NCBI GenBank assembly: GCA_963777315.1
Contig: CAVZQC010000004.1
Coordinates: 416,001-480,000, forward strand
Direction of reading: 5' to 3'
DNA: 64,000 nucleotides
DNA from: Vulcanimicrobiota bacterium
Lineage (GTDB): Bacteria; Vulcanimicrobiota; Vulcanimicrobiia; Vulcanimicrobiales; Vulcanimicrobiaceae
Shown here piece by piece: positions 1-12,306 of this stretch. Position 1 is the stretch's first letter; every line of letters begins with the position of its first letter. Under the pieces are notes generated by a model. It ran no database searches, was not told the DNA's origin, and saw nothing but the letters and a program-made list of their open reading frames with translations. A program made the translations under genes and the position numbers.

Positions 1-941
1 ATCTGGGGCAAGCGCTCGAGGATTTTCTCGCGGCCCAAATGGCGAAGGTCCAAAAACACGCAGCCGTCCACGCCGCGTCCCTCCAGGATTTCCGTCCATT
101 CCGCGCGGGAAACGACGTCGCGCGACGCCAGCTCGCCTTTGTTGGGAGCGTACTTGAACATGAAGCGTTCGCCGGCCGAATTGAGCAGATATGCGCCTTC
201 GCCGCGCGCCGCCTCGGAAAGCAGCACGCCGTTCTCCTTGAGCGAGGTCGGGTGAAACTGGACGAACTCCATGTCCATGATGGGTATTCCGGCGCGGAAC
301 GCTATTCCCAGTCCGTCGGCGGTAGAGGCGTAACCGTTGGTGGTTTTCGCGTACATGCGGCCCGTCCCGCCCGTCGCAAAGATCGTCGCCTTTGCGGTGA
401 TGAGCTCGAGCTCACCGTTGCGCATGTTGTACGCGACCACTCCGCTGCCGACGCCGTCTTCGATGCATAGCGCGGTGCAAAAGTATTCTTCGTACACCTT
501 GACGTTGAATCGCTCGAGCTGCTCCCAAAGCGTATGAAGGATCACCAGCCCGGTGACGTCGGCCGAGTAACAGGTGCGCGGGGCGCCCGCTCCGCCGAAG
601 GGCCGTTGGGCAATGCGCCCGTCCGGAAGCCGCGAGAAGATGCAGCCGCGATGCTCGAGCCAAATGATCTGCCGGGGCGCATCCTCGCACATCGCTTCGA
701 TGGCGTCTTGATCGCCCAAATAGTCCGAGCCTTTGGCCGTGTCGAATGCGTGGTTTTGGGGAGTGTCCTCTTCCCGGTTCCCCAGTGCGGCATTGATGCC
801 GCCCTGCGCGGCGCCCGAATGGCTGCGCACCGGATGCATTTTGCTCACGATGGCGACGTCGGCACCGCGCTCGGCCGCTTCCACCGCCGCGCGCATGCCG
901 GCTAAACCGCCACCGATGACGACGACGTCGTGCTCGATCAA
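1..941 (-). CDS. sdhA: Succinate dehydrogenase/fumarate reductase flavoprotein subunit, N-terminal part (runs off the window edge)
   Basis: Not in the ORF track. Manual translation from TTG at 941: [19 protein letters not shown]...[15 protein letters not shown]...[16 protein letters not shown], containing the GxGxxG FAD-binding fold and the covalent-FAD His motif RSHS. Confidence 0.9.
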   Translation of the reverse strand, partial: MIEHDVVVIGGGLAGMRAAVEAAERGADVAIVSKMHPVRSHSGAAQGGINAALGNREEDTPQNHAFDTAKGSDYLGDQDAIEAMCEDAPRQIIWLEHRGCIFSRLPDGRIAQRPFGGAGAPRTCYSADVTGLVILHTLWEQLERFNVKVYEEYFCTALCIEDGVGSGVVAYNMRNGELELITAKATIFATGGTGRMYAKTTNGYASTADGLGIAFRAGIPIMDMEFVQFHPTSLKENGVLLSEAARGEGAYLLNSAGERFMFKYAPNKGELASRDVVSRAEWTEILEGRGVDGCVFLDLRHLGREKILERLPQ

Positions 942-1010
942 CGTGGACCTTTCCGGGAGTAAAGCGCTTTGCTTCTTTATACTACTCCGTTTTCGGACCA
1001 CCCCACGACC

Positions 1011-2159
1011 TTAGTGGCACGCTTGGCCGCTAACCGGACCGGCGCGATCGAAGAAGCGGTAGGCGTTTTTGCCGCTTTGCTTAGCGTGATACAATGCCTC
1101 GTCCGCAGAAAAGAACAACGTCGGAGCATCCGTGCCGTCGCTCGGAAACATCGCGATGCCGATAGATGATTGCAAGCCGTTGCGCCGCAGCGACCCGACG
1201 ATGCGTTCCACCCCGCGTTCGGCTGCCGCACGGTCGCTCTTGATCATGACCACGACGAATTCGTCACCGGCGTACCGCGCTACGATGTCGCCCTTGCGCG
1301 CCGTTTTCTTGAGCACGGCGGCAAAGCGCTTGAGCGCGAGGTCGCCCAAACTGTGTCCGCCCGAGTCGTTGATCTTCTTGAGGTCGTCCAAATCCAAGAT
1401 CATGAACGCGAACGGCACGTCATAGCGTTCGGACGTATGCAGCTCGCGCTCGAGCATTTCGCTCAGCGCGCGCCGGTTCGGAATGCCGGTGAGCGAATCG
1501 GTCAGCGCCAGCCGCTGCGTTTCTTCCAGCAGGCGGCGCGTTTCTTCGTATAGTCGCGCGTTTTCCACGGCGATTGCGGCCTGCGCCGCGAAGTCGAGCA
1601 GCACGCGCAGCTGGTTCTCGGTTACGCCTTGCCCGGGCGGTTCGTCGACGTACAGCATTCCCCGCACCACGTCACGCGCGACGAGCGGCGCGATGCAATA
1701 CCAGCCGCGGGTATCCTTGAGCGGTTTGTCGGCGTCGCTCTCGTGCCCGAACGCCACTTGCTGTTCGCCGTGCGCAACGTCCTGGAGCGCGGTGTTCGGC
1801 AGATACGCAAAGGCGTCCGCGGCATGGACGACCGTGCCGGCTCCGTCGCCTTCCAAGCGGCGAATGATGTTGCGATGCTCGTCCACGTCGAACAGGATGA
1901 CGCGGTTGAACTTGAGCGCTTCGCAGACGCCCCGCAGCACCATGGAAAGAATGTCGTTGATCTCCAGCGTAGAATTGATCGTGGAGAAGACCTGCTGCAG
2001 AACGAACAATTCGGCGTTCTGCTGCGCGTAATCGTCGCGCTCTGCCTCGAGCATGGCAATGCGCGAGCGAAGGCGCTCGATCTCGTGAACGAGTTCGGCC
2101 TTCTGAGCGTTCGCGACGGTGAGGGGCTGGGCGGCCGCCTCGGACAGGTTCAAGCCCAC
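1011..2159 (-). CDS. GAF-GGDEF diguanylate cyclase (AGDEF variant)
   Basis: N-terminal coiled coil, GAF domain ending AIAVENARLY, then TDSLTGIPNRR, LDLDDLKKIND, RKGD I-site and RYAGDEF. Confidence 0.88.
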   Translation of the reverse strand: MGLNLSEAAAQPLTVANAQKAELVHEIERLRSRIAMLEAERDDYAQQNAELFVLQQVFSTINSTLEINDILSMVLRGVCEALKFNRVILFDVDEHRNIIRRLEGDGAGTVVHAADAFAYLPNTALQDVAHGEQQVAFGHESDADKPLKDTRGWYCIAPLVARDVVRGMLYVDEPPGQGVTENQLRVLLDFAAQAAIAVENARLYEETRRLLEETQRLALTDSLTGIPNRRALSEMLERELHTSERYDVPFAFMILDLDDLKKINDSGGHSLGDLALKRFAAVLKKTARKGDIVARYAGDEFVVVMIKSDRAAAERGVERIVGSLRRNGLQSSIGIAMFPSDGTDAPTLFFSADEALYHAKQSGKNAYRFFDRAGPVSGQACH

Positions 2160-2237
2160 ACTTACTGTAACGTCTTGCGTCGGCGTTTTCTTTAGGTAGA
2201 CACACTCTGCTCGTTAGGGGTCCTGCAAAGCCGTCCG

Positions 2238-5200
2238 GTGAGTTCGTTCGTCCATCTGCACGTCCACAGTGAATACTCGCTCCTGGATGGAGCTTGCCGC
2301 GTAGAGCGGCTGTGCCGCCGTTCGGCGGACGGCGGCGGTGCGGCGATAGGCTCTAACGGACCATGGCGTCATGTACGGCGCCATGGAATTTTACTATACC
2401 GCCAAAGATTTTCGGCTCACCCCCATCATCGGGTGCGAAGCCTACATCGCTCCGCGCGGGCGATTCGACCGTACGGTGCGCGACGAAGCGCACGTAACGC
2501 TTCTGGCCGCCGACGTCACCGGTTACAGAAATTTAACAGCCCTGGTGTCCAAAGGCTTTTTGGAGGGCTACTACTACAAGCCGCGCATCGACTTGGATTT
2601 GCTCAGCGAGCACAACGAAGGGCTCATCGTGCTTTCGGGCTGCATGTCCGGACTCGTGGCCGCGCCGCTTCTGAAAAACGACTACGAGAAATCGAAATCG
2701 GCGGCTAAAACGTACGCGGAAATCTTCGGCGACCGCTTCTACATCGAGATCATGCGCCACGGAATGCCCGAGGAAGAGATCGTCAACGCAGGCCTGATCA
2801 AGGTTGCGCGCGAGCTTTCCATTCCGCTGGTTGCAACGAACGATTCGCACTATCTCGAGCAAAAGGACGCGCCCGCGCACGATGTCCTCCTGTGCATCGG
2901 GACGGGGAAAACGGTCTCCGACACGAGCCGCATGAAGTTCTATTCGGATCAGTTTTACGTCAAGAGCGACGTCGAGATGCGCGAGCTTTGGAGCGACCTG
3001 CCCGAAGCCTGCGACAACACCGTGGAGATCGCCAAACGCATCGACATCCGCATCCCGGAAAAGATCTATCATCTGCCGGCGTTTCCCACGCCCGCGGCGC
3101 AAGACGGCCAGGAAACCTCCCCGGAAGAGTATTTGCGCGAAGTCTGCGAGCGCGGATTGGCGGAACGCTACGGCGAGCGAGCCCACGCCGACGCGGCGTT
3201 GCGCGAGCGCTTCGAGTACGAGCTCTCCGTCATCTTGAAAATGGGCTTTGCCTCGTACTTTCTGATCGTCTGGGATTTCATCAAGTATGCCAAGGACCGC
3301 GATATTCCGGTCGGGCCGGGCCGCGGTTCGGCGGTCGGATCGGTCGTGGCGTACTGCCTGAAGATCACCGACCTCGAGCCGCTCAAGCACGATCTGCTGT
3401 TCGAACGCTTTTTGAACCCGGATCGCATCTCGATGCCGGATATCGATACGGATTTCTGCGTCGAGCGGCGCGATGAGGTCATCGAATACGTAACCCAAAA
3501 GTACGGCGCCGATCGCGTGGCGCAGATCGTCACCTTCGGTACGATGGCTGCGCGGGCCGCCGTCCGCGATGCGGGCCGCGCACTGGCCGTTCCGTTGCCC
3601 GACGTGGACCGCGTAGCCAAGATGATCCCATCGGGACCGGGCGGTCTGACGATAGCGCAAGCGCTCGAACAGATTGCCGACCTCAAAGCGCTGTATTCGG
3701 CTTCGCCGGAGATACGGCGCCTGCTCGATACCGCCAAAGCCATCGAGGGACTCGCGCGCAACGCCGGCACGCACGCGGCAGGCGTGGTGATCTCCCCGGG
3801 ACCGTTGATGGAATACGCGCCGCTAGCCAAAAGCGAGTCCGGCGTCAACACGCAATACGACATGGTCTGGGCCGAGAAGATCGGGCTGCTGAAAATGGAC
3901 TTCTTGGGGCTGCGCAATCTCACCGTGATGAAGAATGCGGTGGACGAGATTCGCCGCACGACCGACCCGGATTTCGACATCGGCAAGATTCCCGACGACG
4001 ACCGGCGCACGTTCGAGATGCTTTCGCGCGGCGACACGATGGGCGTCTTCCAATTCGAATCGGAAGGTTATGCCCGCGTCTGCTCCGAGCTGCGGCCGTC
4101 GAACTTCAACGACATCATCGCGCTCGGCGCGCTCTACCGCCCGGGCCCGATGGAGTGGATCCCGCAGTACATCAGCAACAAGCACGGCAGAACCACACCC
4201 ACGTATCTGCATCCCAAGCTGGAGCCCATTCTGCGCGAGACGTACGGCATCGCGGCGTATCAGGAGCAGGTAATGCGGATGGCGCGCGAGCTCGCGGGGT
4301 TTTCGATGGGCGAAGCCGACGAGCTGCGCAAAGTCATGGGGAAAAAGCAGAAGGACAAGATTCCGATCTACCGCGAGAAATTTATCGCGGGCTGCCTCGA
4401 GCATTCCGGCGTGGACGAACAGCTGGGCGCGCGGCTCTTTGCGTTTATCGAGCCGTTCGCCGGATACGGCTTCAACAAGTCACACGCGGCTGCATACGCA
4501 TGGGTGTCGTACCAAACGGCATTCTTGAAGGCCAACCATCCGCTGCCGTATTTTTCGGCATTGATGACGTCGGTAAAGGACAGGACCGACAAACTCGTCG
4601 AGTACATCGATGAAGCCAAGAAGCTCGGCATCTCGGTGCTGCCGCCGGACGTGAACGCCTCGCTGATCGATTTTGCCGTAGTGGGCGAGCGTATCCGCTT
4701 CGGGCTGTCGGCCGTCAAAGGCGTGGGTGAAGGCGCCGTCCGCGGTATTCTTGCCGCGCGCGACGAGGGTGGCCCGTTCGAGGACCTGTTCGATCTCTGC
4801 AAACGGGTGGATCCCAAACAGGTCAACCGCCGGGTGCTGGAGGCGCTCGTCAAATGCGGAGCGCTGGACGCGCTGCCGGGCAACCGCGCGCAAAAGCTGG
4901 CGGCGCTGGATGGCGCGCTCGACATCGCTGCAGCCGAGTATCGGGATGCGCAGCTCGGTCAAGCGTCGTTGTTCGCGGATGCGCCGGCAACGGCTTTTGC
5001 GCTCAGTCCCACGTTGCCGGCGGTCGCACCGCCTACGACGATGCAAACTTTGCAGTGGGAAAAGGAAACGCTGGGAATATTCGTGTCGGGCCATCCGTTG
5101 TCGGACGTCGCCGACGCGCTTGCGCGCTCGGGCGCGCTGCCGATCAAGGACCTGCGTTCGCGCGACGAGGACAGCTTCGTTACGATCGCCGGTCTCGTGA

Positions 5201-5697
5201 ACTCCGCACGGCGTACCTTGACCAAATCCGGACAGCAGATTCTGATTGCGCAAATCGAAGACACCACGGGAGCCTGCGAGGTCGTCGTCTTTGCAAAGCT
5301 CTACCCCCAAGTGCAGAGCCTGTTCGCTCCGGACAAAATCGTCATCGTCAAGGGGCGTTTGCGAATGCGGGAACGACCCGGAATGCGGACCGCCGCCGAC
5401 GACAAAGAAAGCGAAACGCCGGTTGAACTGACGGTTGGTGCCCAGGAGGTGCTGCCGTTCGAGCGCCCTGCGTATGCGGCTCCGCCGGCCGGCTGGCACG
5501 TTGCCGTACGCAGCCGTGAAGAAATAGACCGGCTGGCGGCGATTTTGGACGAATGGCCGGGGACCGTTCCGGTCATGGCGCGCATTGGGAATCGTACGCA
5601 GCGGCTGCCTCGCGGCATTGCGGCGGATTTCCGCCTCAAAGGCGCGCTTGTGGCTGCGTTCGGGACGGACAACGTGCGCGAAGGTTTGCCGGAGTGA
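2238..5697 (+). CDS. dnaE: DNA polymerase III alpha subunit; +1 frameshift near 2350
   Basis: FVHLHVHSEYSLLDGA PHP start in ORF 2238; the TDHG motif continues in the frame of ORF 2371-5697 (GRGSAVGS, PDIDTDF, KMDFLGL, YGFNKSH). Confidence 0.95.
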
Positions 5698-6527
5698 GCC
5701 GGCAGACCGTGGTGCAGCAACTCGCGCCACGGCCGCAGTTGGTCGCGTTCGACCTGGACGGCACGCTGCTCGGCGAAGAACTGCTGCTGCGTCCGCGCGT
5801 GCGCAGCGCCATACAGGCTATGCAAGAACGGGGCGTGCGCGGGTGCATCGTCACGGGACGAATGTACCGTTCGGCGCTGCCGTTCGTTCGGCAATTGAAA
5901 TTCGATGCTCCGGTGGTGTGCTATCAGGGTGCGGCCGTGATCGATCCGCAAACGGACGAAGTGCTTGCGGACGTGCCGCTGCCGAACGCTCAAGCGCTCG
6001 CCGTTGCGCGTTACGCCAAAGAGAACGGCCTGCACGCCCAACTGTACGCGAACGACCGCTATTACTGCGAACAGCGCACGCAGTACGCCGCGCTGTACGC
6101 CAAGATTTCGGGCGTCGAGCCGATCGTGGTGCCTTCGCTGCAGGAGCAATTTGCCGCGTGGGATGCGACCAAGGCATGCATCATCGCCGAGCCCGAGATC
6201 GTTTTGGCTCATCTCCCGCGCGTGCGGGCTCTTTGCGGCAGCGCCGCTTACGTTACCCGCAGTATTGCCTACTTTCTCGAAGTGATGAACGCTAAAGTAA
6301 ACAAAGGACGCTCGCTGGAGATCGTCGCCCGGCACTTGGGCGTATCGCTGGAGCGGGTGCTGGCTATCGGCGACTCGTGGAACGATGCACCGCTACTGGA
6401 GGCGGCGGGATTCGGCGTTGCGATGGGGTCTGCGCCGCCGGAGTTGCGGCAAGTCGCCGACGCGGTTGTGGCCGACGTCGAGAATGACGGCGTGGCAGAA
6501 GCCGTCGAACGGTTCGTGCTCGCGTGA
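5694..6527 (+). CDS. Cof-type HAD-IIB hydrolase
   Basis: FDLDGTLL, TGR, KG and GDSWND motifs; GTG start overlaps the dnaE stop. Confidence 0.88.
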   Translation: MSRQTVVQQLAPRPQLVAFDLDGTLLGEELLLRPRVRSAIQAMQERGVRGCIVTGRMYRSALPFVRQLKFDAPVVCYQGAAVIDPQTDEVLADVPLPNAQALAVARYAKENGLHAQLYANDRYYCEQRTQYAALYAKISGVEPIVVPSLQEQFAAWDATKACIIAEPEIVLAHLPRVRALCGSAAYVTRSIAYFLEVMNAKVNKGRSLEIVARHLGVSLERVLAIGDSWNDAPLLEAAGFGVAMGSAPPELRQVADAVVADVENDGVAEAVERFVLA

Positions 6528-7276
6528 GCTCGCGACCCAGCCGGCGAAAAGCGTCCGTCGGCCGGCGAGTGCGGCCGTTTTGGTTTGCCGTGCTGGTCAT
6601 CGCTGCGGCGGGCGCATTCGGCGGTTATTACGCCGCTCGCTGGCCGGGCTTTTACCCCAAACGGCTGATCGTTTCAGGTAACGCTATCGTACCCGCGCAA
6701 GAAATTGCGGCACGCGCCCAAATCGCAGGAAACGCAAACCTCTGGCTGCAGAACTTTAGTGCGGCGGCGAGCCGCATCGAGACGATCCCGTACGTGAAAA
6801 AGGCGACCATCACTCGGTCTGCGTCCTCGGACGTGCACATCTGGGTGACGGAGCGTACGCCGTACGCCGTGTTGCGGTATGGAAAGCGCAGCGCGGTGAT
6901 CGACCGCGACCTTCGCGTGCTCGCATGGGGCGGCGATGGGCGCCGATTGCCGCAGTTCGTTCTCGGAGCGCGCGCAATGCCCGCGCCGGGAGAATTCGTC
7001 AACGATGCTTTCGCACGGCGCCTGCGCGCGGACTACGACGCTTTGGCCAAAGCTCGCGTAAGGGTCGCATCGCTGCGCTACGACAAATTCGGCGATCTGG
7101 TTGCCGGCATGCCAAGCGGCACGCGGCTGCTATTGGGCGACGATAGCGACCTGAGCCGCAAGGTGCCGCTCATCCTTCCGATACTGTCGCAAGTGGGCGC
7201 GACCGGCAGAACGGTTGCGGCGCTGGACTTGCGTGCTCCGACGACGCCGGTGGTTCGCTACCGCGACCACCCGTAA
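6524..7276 (+). CDS. ftsQ: Cell division protein FtsQ/DivIB family
   Basis: Basic N-terminus, one TM helix, POTRA-like segment (VSGN...IPYVKKATITR...VTERTPYA), C-terminal LDLR motif; ftsA/ftsZ nearby. Confidence 0.72.
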   Translation: MSSRPSRRKASVGRRVRPFWFAVLVIAAAGAFGGYYAARWPGFYPKRLIVSGNAIVPAQEIAARAQIAGNANLWLQNFSAAASRIETIPYVKKATITRSASSDVHIWVTERTPYAVLRYGKRSAVIDRDLRVLAWGGDGRRLPQFVLGARAMPAPGEFVNDAFARRLRADYDALAKARVRVASLRYDKFGDLVAGMPSGTRLLLGDDSDLSRKVPLILPILSQVGATGRTVAALDLRAPTTPVVRYRDHP

Positions 7277-7284
7277 ACCCCGGC

Positions 7285-7572
7285 CTAATGCGTGACGGCG
7301 TACACCGCGACCATTCCCTTGATCAGCGACATCTTGATCTGATCGTTGGGATGGACTTTGCTGAAATCGACGTTGGAACGATTGGTCGTGACCGTCGTTT
7401 CCACGCCGTTTTGCATTTTGATGGTGATGTGTTTGCCGTCGACGACTTTCTCGACCGTGGCGTTGTACGTCCCGTCGGGAATGAGCGAAGCATCGACGGT
7501 GTTCGCCGCCATTGCGGCCGCCGGGGCGGCAAGAGCCCCAAGGAGTGCAAGCAAGGAAAGAGTTTTACGCAC
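7285..7572 (-). CDS. Small secreted beta-rich hypothetical protein
   Basis: GTG start after a GGAGA RBS; signal peptide MRKTLSLLALLGALAAPAAAMA. Confidence 0.7.
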   Translation of the reverse strand: MRKTLSLLALLGALAAPAAAMAANTVDASLIPDGTYNATVEKVVDGKHITIKMQNGVETTVTTNRSNVDFSKVHPNDQIKMSLIKGMVAVYAVTH

Positions 7573-7646
7573 GATATCTCCGTTGTCGAAATCCAATGGA
7601 ATACACCCGGGACGAAAGCAGACGCTCCACTGTGCCATTTTCTAGC

Positions 7647-9696
7647 CTATGATGATAGCGCAAGTGACCCCGGTTCTTCTAGAGCTCGCCGGCCATTTTT
7701 CGGCTCGTCGAATGACCCCGGGCCGGTCCCCCGGACTTGGAACGCCCCCACCAGGCCCTGAAGTTCCGAGGCTTGGTCCAGCACCTCGGCGGTTTGGCCG
7801 GCGACGTCCGTCACGGCCCCCGAGTTGGCGCGCCCCAGCTCGGACGTATGGCTGATGGTGTGGCTCAATGACTGCACCGCGATTTGCTGCTCCTGGCTTG
7901 CGCGGGCCACGTGGCCGGTGCGCTGCTCGATTTCCGAAACGCTCTCCAGGATTTGATTTGAGGTGATCGCCTGCTCGCGCATGGTGGCGGCGGCTTCGTG
8001 CGTCATGGCTCCCATTTGCTCGCTGGCCTTGGCGAGCTCTTCGGAGGCTCTCGCTTGTTCTGCGGTGGCGACGCTGATTTCGCCGACCAGCTGTGCCATT
8101 TCCGTTACGCGAAGGCTTATCGTTTCCACCATTTCGGTCACCGAGCGTGCCGACGTCGCGTTGTTCTGCACCAAGTTGTTCGCTCGCGCCGTGCGTTCCA
8201 GTACTGCGGTCGTTCGGCGCTGAATGTCGGCGACGAGCCGTCCGATTTGCTTGGTCGAACTGGCGGAGTTCTCGGCCAGTTTGCGGACTTCATCGGCGAC
8301 CACGGCAAAGCCGCGGCCGTGCTCGCCGGCGCGCGCGGCTTCGATCGCCGCGTTGAGCGCGAGCAGATTCGTCTGGTCCGCGATCTCTTCAATCAAGCCC
8401 AAGATCTCGCCGATTTGACGCGAGGCGTGATCCAGACTCTGCATCTCGCTTACGACGTCGGCGACGGTGTCGCTGATGCTCGACATGCCCTTGGACAGAC
8501 TGCGCGACTTCGTTGCGCCCTTCACGAACGCGCGTATCCGTGCTGGTCGATTCTTCGCGAACGCGCTGAGCGTTGCCGGCGACCTGCACGATCGAAGCCG
8601 ACATCTCTTGTGTGTTCGCGACCGCTTGTTCTACGACCGTAGCCAAGCTCAACAGATTTTGATCCATCTCCTGAATCGATGCGGTCATCTGAGCGACGGC
8701 GCTGGAGATGTCGGTCACGCGGCTTGCGACCTGCTCGGCGTTGTCCGCTACGGTGCCGGCGGTCGCGTGAACGGACGTCGAGACCTCGAGCGCCCGGCCA
8801 AGCGCCGCGAGCTCTTCGCAAACGCGGGCTTCCACTTGACGCGCCGTGTCGTTCGTATGCGAACTGGCGTTCTGCACGGTCATCACGGCGTGCTGTATGG
8901 TCGAGATGATTTCGCCTAAGCGCACGCCGAGGCGGTCCACCGCCTGGCCTAACCGTCCCAGAAGGTCGTGCCCTTCCCAGCCCACGCGCGCCGTCAGATC
9001 GCCGCGGCCCATCGCTTCGAACACGTCCAGGCACCGTTCCAATCCCTCGCGCATGGCCCGGCGAAACCAGCCCATCGCGATGAACGCGATGACTCCGGCG
9101 GTGGTCGCGCCCAGCACGAGCACGGTCAAGGCGAAATTACGCGCATGCATCAACTCGAGAAAGCGCGAATCCGAGCTGTTCTTGAGGGCTTGCAGCAGTG
9201 CGGCGCCGTCGGCGCTCTGGGCCTGATACGCACTGTACGAAGCGCCCTGAATCTGGCGCAGCGCGTCGGCCTTTTTCCCTTGCGCCAGCAGCCCGATCGC
9301 CGCGAGAGCTTGAAAATCGTAGGCGCTCGCGCTGTCCTTGAATTTGGCTACCAGCGGAGCGACGGTCGTATCTTTACTGGTGAGATCTTCCATTTTGCGC
9401 GCGTCGTCCGGAAACGCTTGCAGCATGCTCTTGGCCTGCACGAGCGACGCCGCAGCTTTGGAAGCGTCCGGGTTCGTCGCACCGTCGATCGAAACGGCGC
9501 GAAGGGTATCGGCGTCGGATGCAACCTTCACGTAAGCGAGTTCGCCGCTAATGATCGTGTCGTGCAGAACTTGGGCCTGCCGCGTAATGCCCGTCATCGC
9601 CCACATGGCAACCGGAATGATCGCAAAGACCACGAGAATCACCAGGGCAAAAGCCGAGGTGAGCCCGCGTTCCAGACTCGTGCGCCGTGCATTCAT
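7647..9696 (-). CDS. Methyl-accepting chemotaxis protein; +1 frameshift near 8500
   Basis: TM-sensor-TM-HAMP (GDLTARV) in ORF 8389-9696; signalling hairpin [37 protein letters not shown] in ORF 7647-8525. Confidence 0.9.
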
Positions 9697-9706
9697 AACA
9701 CGTTGT

Positions 9707-9733
9707 ATGTCGGCGCGGGCAGGCCAAACATTG
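9707..9733 (-). promoter_or_regulatory. Candidate sigma-28 (FliA/SigD) promoter of the MCP gene
   Basis: Minus strand CAATGTTT-N11-GCCGACAT versus consensus TAAAGTTT-N11-GCCGATAA, 10 nt upstream of the MCP ATG. Confidence 0.55.
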
Positions 9734-9925
9734 AGTCCTTTCGGCCCACGAACAACCTCGCGGCAACGCAGGCGTTCGCACAATTTGCCTTGTGCACAGG
9801 TTGCTCGCAAGGAGACGGCGCGGGCCGGACTAATGATGCCGGAAATCTCGCCTGCACCCGCTATAGCTTGTAGGGTTTGCCCCCTCAAGACCCAATATAT
9901 AGTATTGCCGGCAAACTGGAGGGCG

Positions 9926-11140
9926 ATGAAGCACGAGACCGTGGCCGGCCTGGACATCGGGACCACGAAGACGTGCGCCATCGTGGCGGCCGACGGTCCG
10001 GGCGGGCTGGAGATCATCGGTTACGGCCAAGCGCCTTCGCTGGGCATGCGTAAGGGCGTCGTCACGGACCTTGACGAGACGATCAAATCGATCGAGGCGG
10101 CTACCGAGAAAGCCGAACGCATGGCGGGCGTACCCATCGAGGACGTCTACGTCGCTATTACGGGCGAACACATCCGCAGCACCAACAATCGCGCCGTCGT
10201 CGCCGTGCAAAGCGAGGATCGCGAGGTGGGCATGAGCGACGTGCGCAGAGTAGTCGACGCCAGCAAGATCATCAATCTCCCCGCGGACCGTCAAATCATC
10301 CACGCGCTCCCGCGCTACTTCACCGTCGACGGACAGGACGGAGTCGAGGATCCGGTCGGCATGGCCGGCGGCCGTTTGGAGGTCGACACGCACATCATCA
10401 CCGGTGGAAGCACGTTCATCACCAACGTGTTGAAATGCGTGCATCGCGCCGGGCTGGAATCCGCCGGTTTGGTCTTCGAACCACTGGCCAGTTCGGCTTC
10501 AACCCTGCTGCCGGAGGAAAAACAGGTCGGTGTCGTGCTCCTCGACATCGGCGGCGGAACGACGGACATCGCGGTATTCAGCGGCGGCGGCGTGATCTAC
10601 AGCTCGACCATCCCCGTCGGCGGCAACATCGTGACCAACGACATTTCGCTGGGACTGAAAACCACGGCCTCCGAAGCCGAGCAGATCAAACGCGCGTTCG
10701 GAACGGGCGCGGCGGCCGCGGACGAGCGAACTTTTCCGGTGAAAACGCTCGACGGGCGCGCGACGAAAGAAGCTTCCACCACGCAGCTGCGCCAAATCGT
10801 CATTCCGCGCGTCGTCGAAACGTTCCGCATGGTCAAGAGCAAGATCGTCGAAAACGTTCCGCGCGATCTCGTGCTCGGCGAAGTCGTCATTACGGGCGGC
10901 GGCGCGCATTTGATCGGCATCGAAGCGACCGCGGAAGAGGTCTTCGGGTTGCCCGTGCGCGCGGGCTTACCGGACTCGGTTGCCGGTTTGACCGATGCGC
11001 TCAAACAACCGGAATTCGCGACGGCGATAGGGTTGGTCGTTTTCGGACCTAACGGCGAACTGGAAAACCACCGCTACGCGCGCCGCGGGATATCGGCGTT
11101 GAACAAGTTTCGATCCTGGCTGAGCGACTTATGGAACTAA
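9926..11140 (+). CDS. ftsA: Cell division protein FtsA
   Basis: [18 protein letters not shown] and VITGGGA actin-fold motifs; GGAGG RBS; directly upstream of ftsZ. Confidence 0.95.
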   Translation: MKHETVAGLDIGTTKTCAIVAADGPGGLEIIGYGQAPSLGMRKGVVTDLDETIKSIEAATEKAERMAGVPIEDVYVAITGEHIRSTNNRAVVAVQSEDREVGMSDVRRVVDASKIINLPADRQIIHALPRYFTVDGQDGVEDPVGMAGGRLEVDTHIITGGSTFITNVLKCVHRAGLESAGLVFEPLASSASTLLPEEKQVGVVLLDIGGGTTDIAVFSGGGVIYSSTIPVGGNIVTNDISLGLKTTASEAEQIKRAFGTGAAAADERTFPVKTLDGRATKEASTTQLRQIVIPRVVETFRMVKSKIVENVPRDLVLGEVVITGGGAHLIGIEATAEEVFGLPVRAGLPDSVAGLTDALKQPEFATAIGLVVFGPNGELENHRYARRGISALNKFRSWLSDLWN

Positions 11141-11184
11141 ACCCCGACCGTCATCCCTCACTTTTTACGGAGGCGACAACTCAA

Positions 11185-12258
11185 ATGGCTGACGCGAAGC
11201 GATACGTCCCGGAACACGCTGCAACGATCAAGGTGATCGGGGTCGGCGGCGGTGGTTGCAATGCGGTCAACCGCATGATCGAGGCCGGCCTGTCCGGCGT
11301 TGAATTTTTTGCGGTGAATTCCGACGTTCAAGCGCTGCGGAACACGCTGACCGAGAACACCATTCAGATCGGAACCAATCTCACGCGCGGCTTGGGCGCA
11401 GGGGCGAATCCGACCGTCGCGCGCGAAGCGGCCGAAGACTCGCGCGAGGATCTCGCGATGGTCATCGAAGGCGCGGACTTGGTGTTCATCACCGCCGGTA
11501 TGGGCGGAGGCACGGGCACGGGCGCCGGACCGGTCATCGCGGACATCGCCCGCGAAACGGGCGCGCTCACTATCGCCGTGGTTACCAAGCCGTTTGCGTT
11601 TGAAGGACGCAAGCGCATGCAAGTCGCCGAAAACGGCATCGCGGAGCTCGAGCAGAAGGTCGACACGCTCATTACGATTCCCAACGAGCGCATTTTGCAA
11701 GTCATCGAAAAGCGCACGCCGCTCAACGAAGCGTTCTCGTACGCCGACGACGTGCTGCGCCAGGGGATTCAAGGCATTTCCGACCTCATAACGCAGCCGG
11801 GGCTGATCAATCTCGATTTTGCGGACGTCAAAACGGTTATGAGCGACGCGGGCAGCGCGATGATGGGCATCGGTGACGGCTCGGGCGAACACCGCGCTGC
11901 CGATGCAGCCCAAAAAGCCATTGCGTCGCCGCTGTTGGAAACGACTATCGAGGGAGCACGCGGCGTCATCTTCAACATCACGGGCGGTCCCGACATGGCG
12001 ATGTACGAGGTCAACGAAGCGGCGGAAATGATTAGCCGCGCGGTCGACAACGACGCCCAAATCATCTTCGGAGCAAGTATCGATCCGACGATGTCCGGGA
12101 AGGTTCGAGTGACCGTGCTGGCCGCCGGCTTCGGCGCTTCGCGCGGTTACGCTCGGTCCGGCAGCACGTTCAATTTCGCAGACAGCAAAATAGATGCAGT
12201 TGCGCCGCTGAACATGGACGATATCGAAGTCCCCGCATTTTTGCGGTATCGAGGCTGA
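11185..12258 (+). CDS. ftsZ: Cell division protein FtsZ
   Basis: [24 protein letters not shown] tubulin signature, NLDFADV, C-terminal DIEVPAFLR. Confidence 0.98.
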   Translation: MADAKRYVPEHAATIKVIGVGGGGCNAVNRMIEAGLSGVEFFAVNSDVQALRNTLTENTIQIGTNLTRGLGAGANPTVAREAAEDSREDLAMVIEGADLVFITAGMGGGTGTGAGPVIADIARETGALTIAVVTKPFAFEGRKRMQVAENGIAELEQKVDTLITIPNERILQVIEKRTPLNEAFSYADDVLRQGIQGISDLITQPGLINLDFADVKTVMSDAGSAMMGIGDGSGEHRAADAAQKAIASPLLETTIEGARGVIFNITGGPDMAMYEVNEAAEMISRAVDNDAQIIFGASIDPTMSGKVRVTVLAAGFGASRGYARSGSTFNFADSKIDAVAPLNMDDIEVPAFLRYRG

Positions 12259-12274
12259 ACGCTCGCATAATCCG

Positions 12275-12299
12275 GTCGAACCGCGCGATTCGAGGGTGA
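12275..12299 (+). promoter_or_regulatory. Candidate SigB/SigF-type promoter (leaderless yihY-family transcript)
   Basis: GTCGAA-N13-GGGTGA, 7 nt before the GTG at 12307; spacer resembles that of the pfpI promoter. Confidence 0.35.
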
Positions 12300-12306
12300 G
12301 CGCTCC

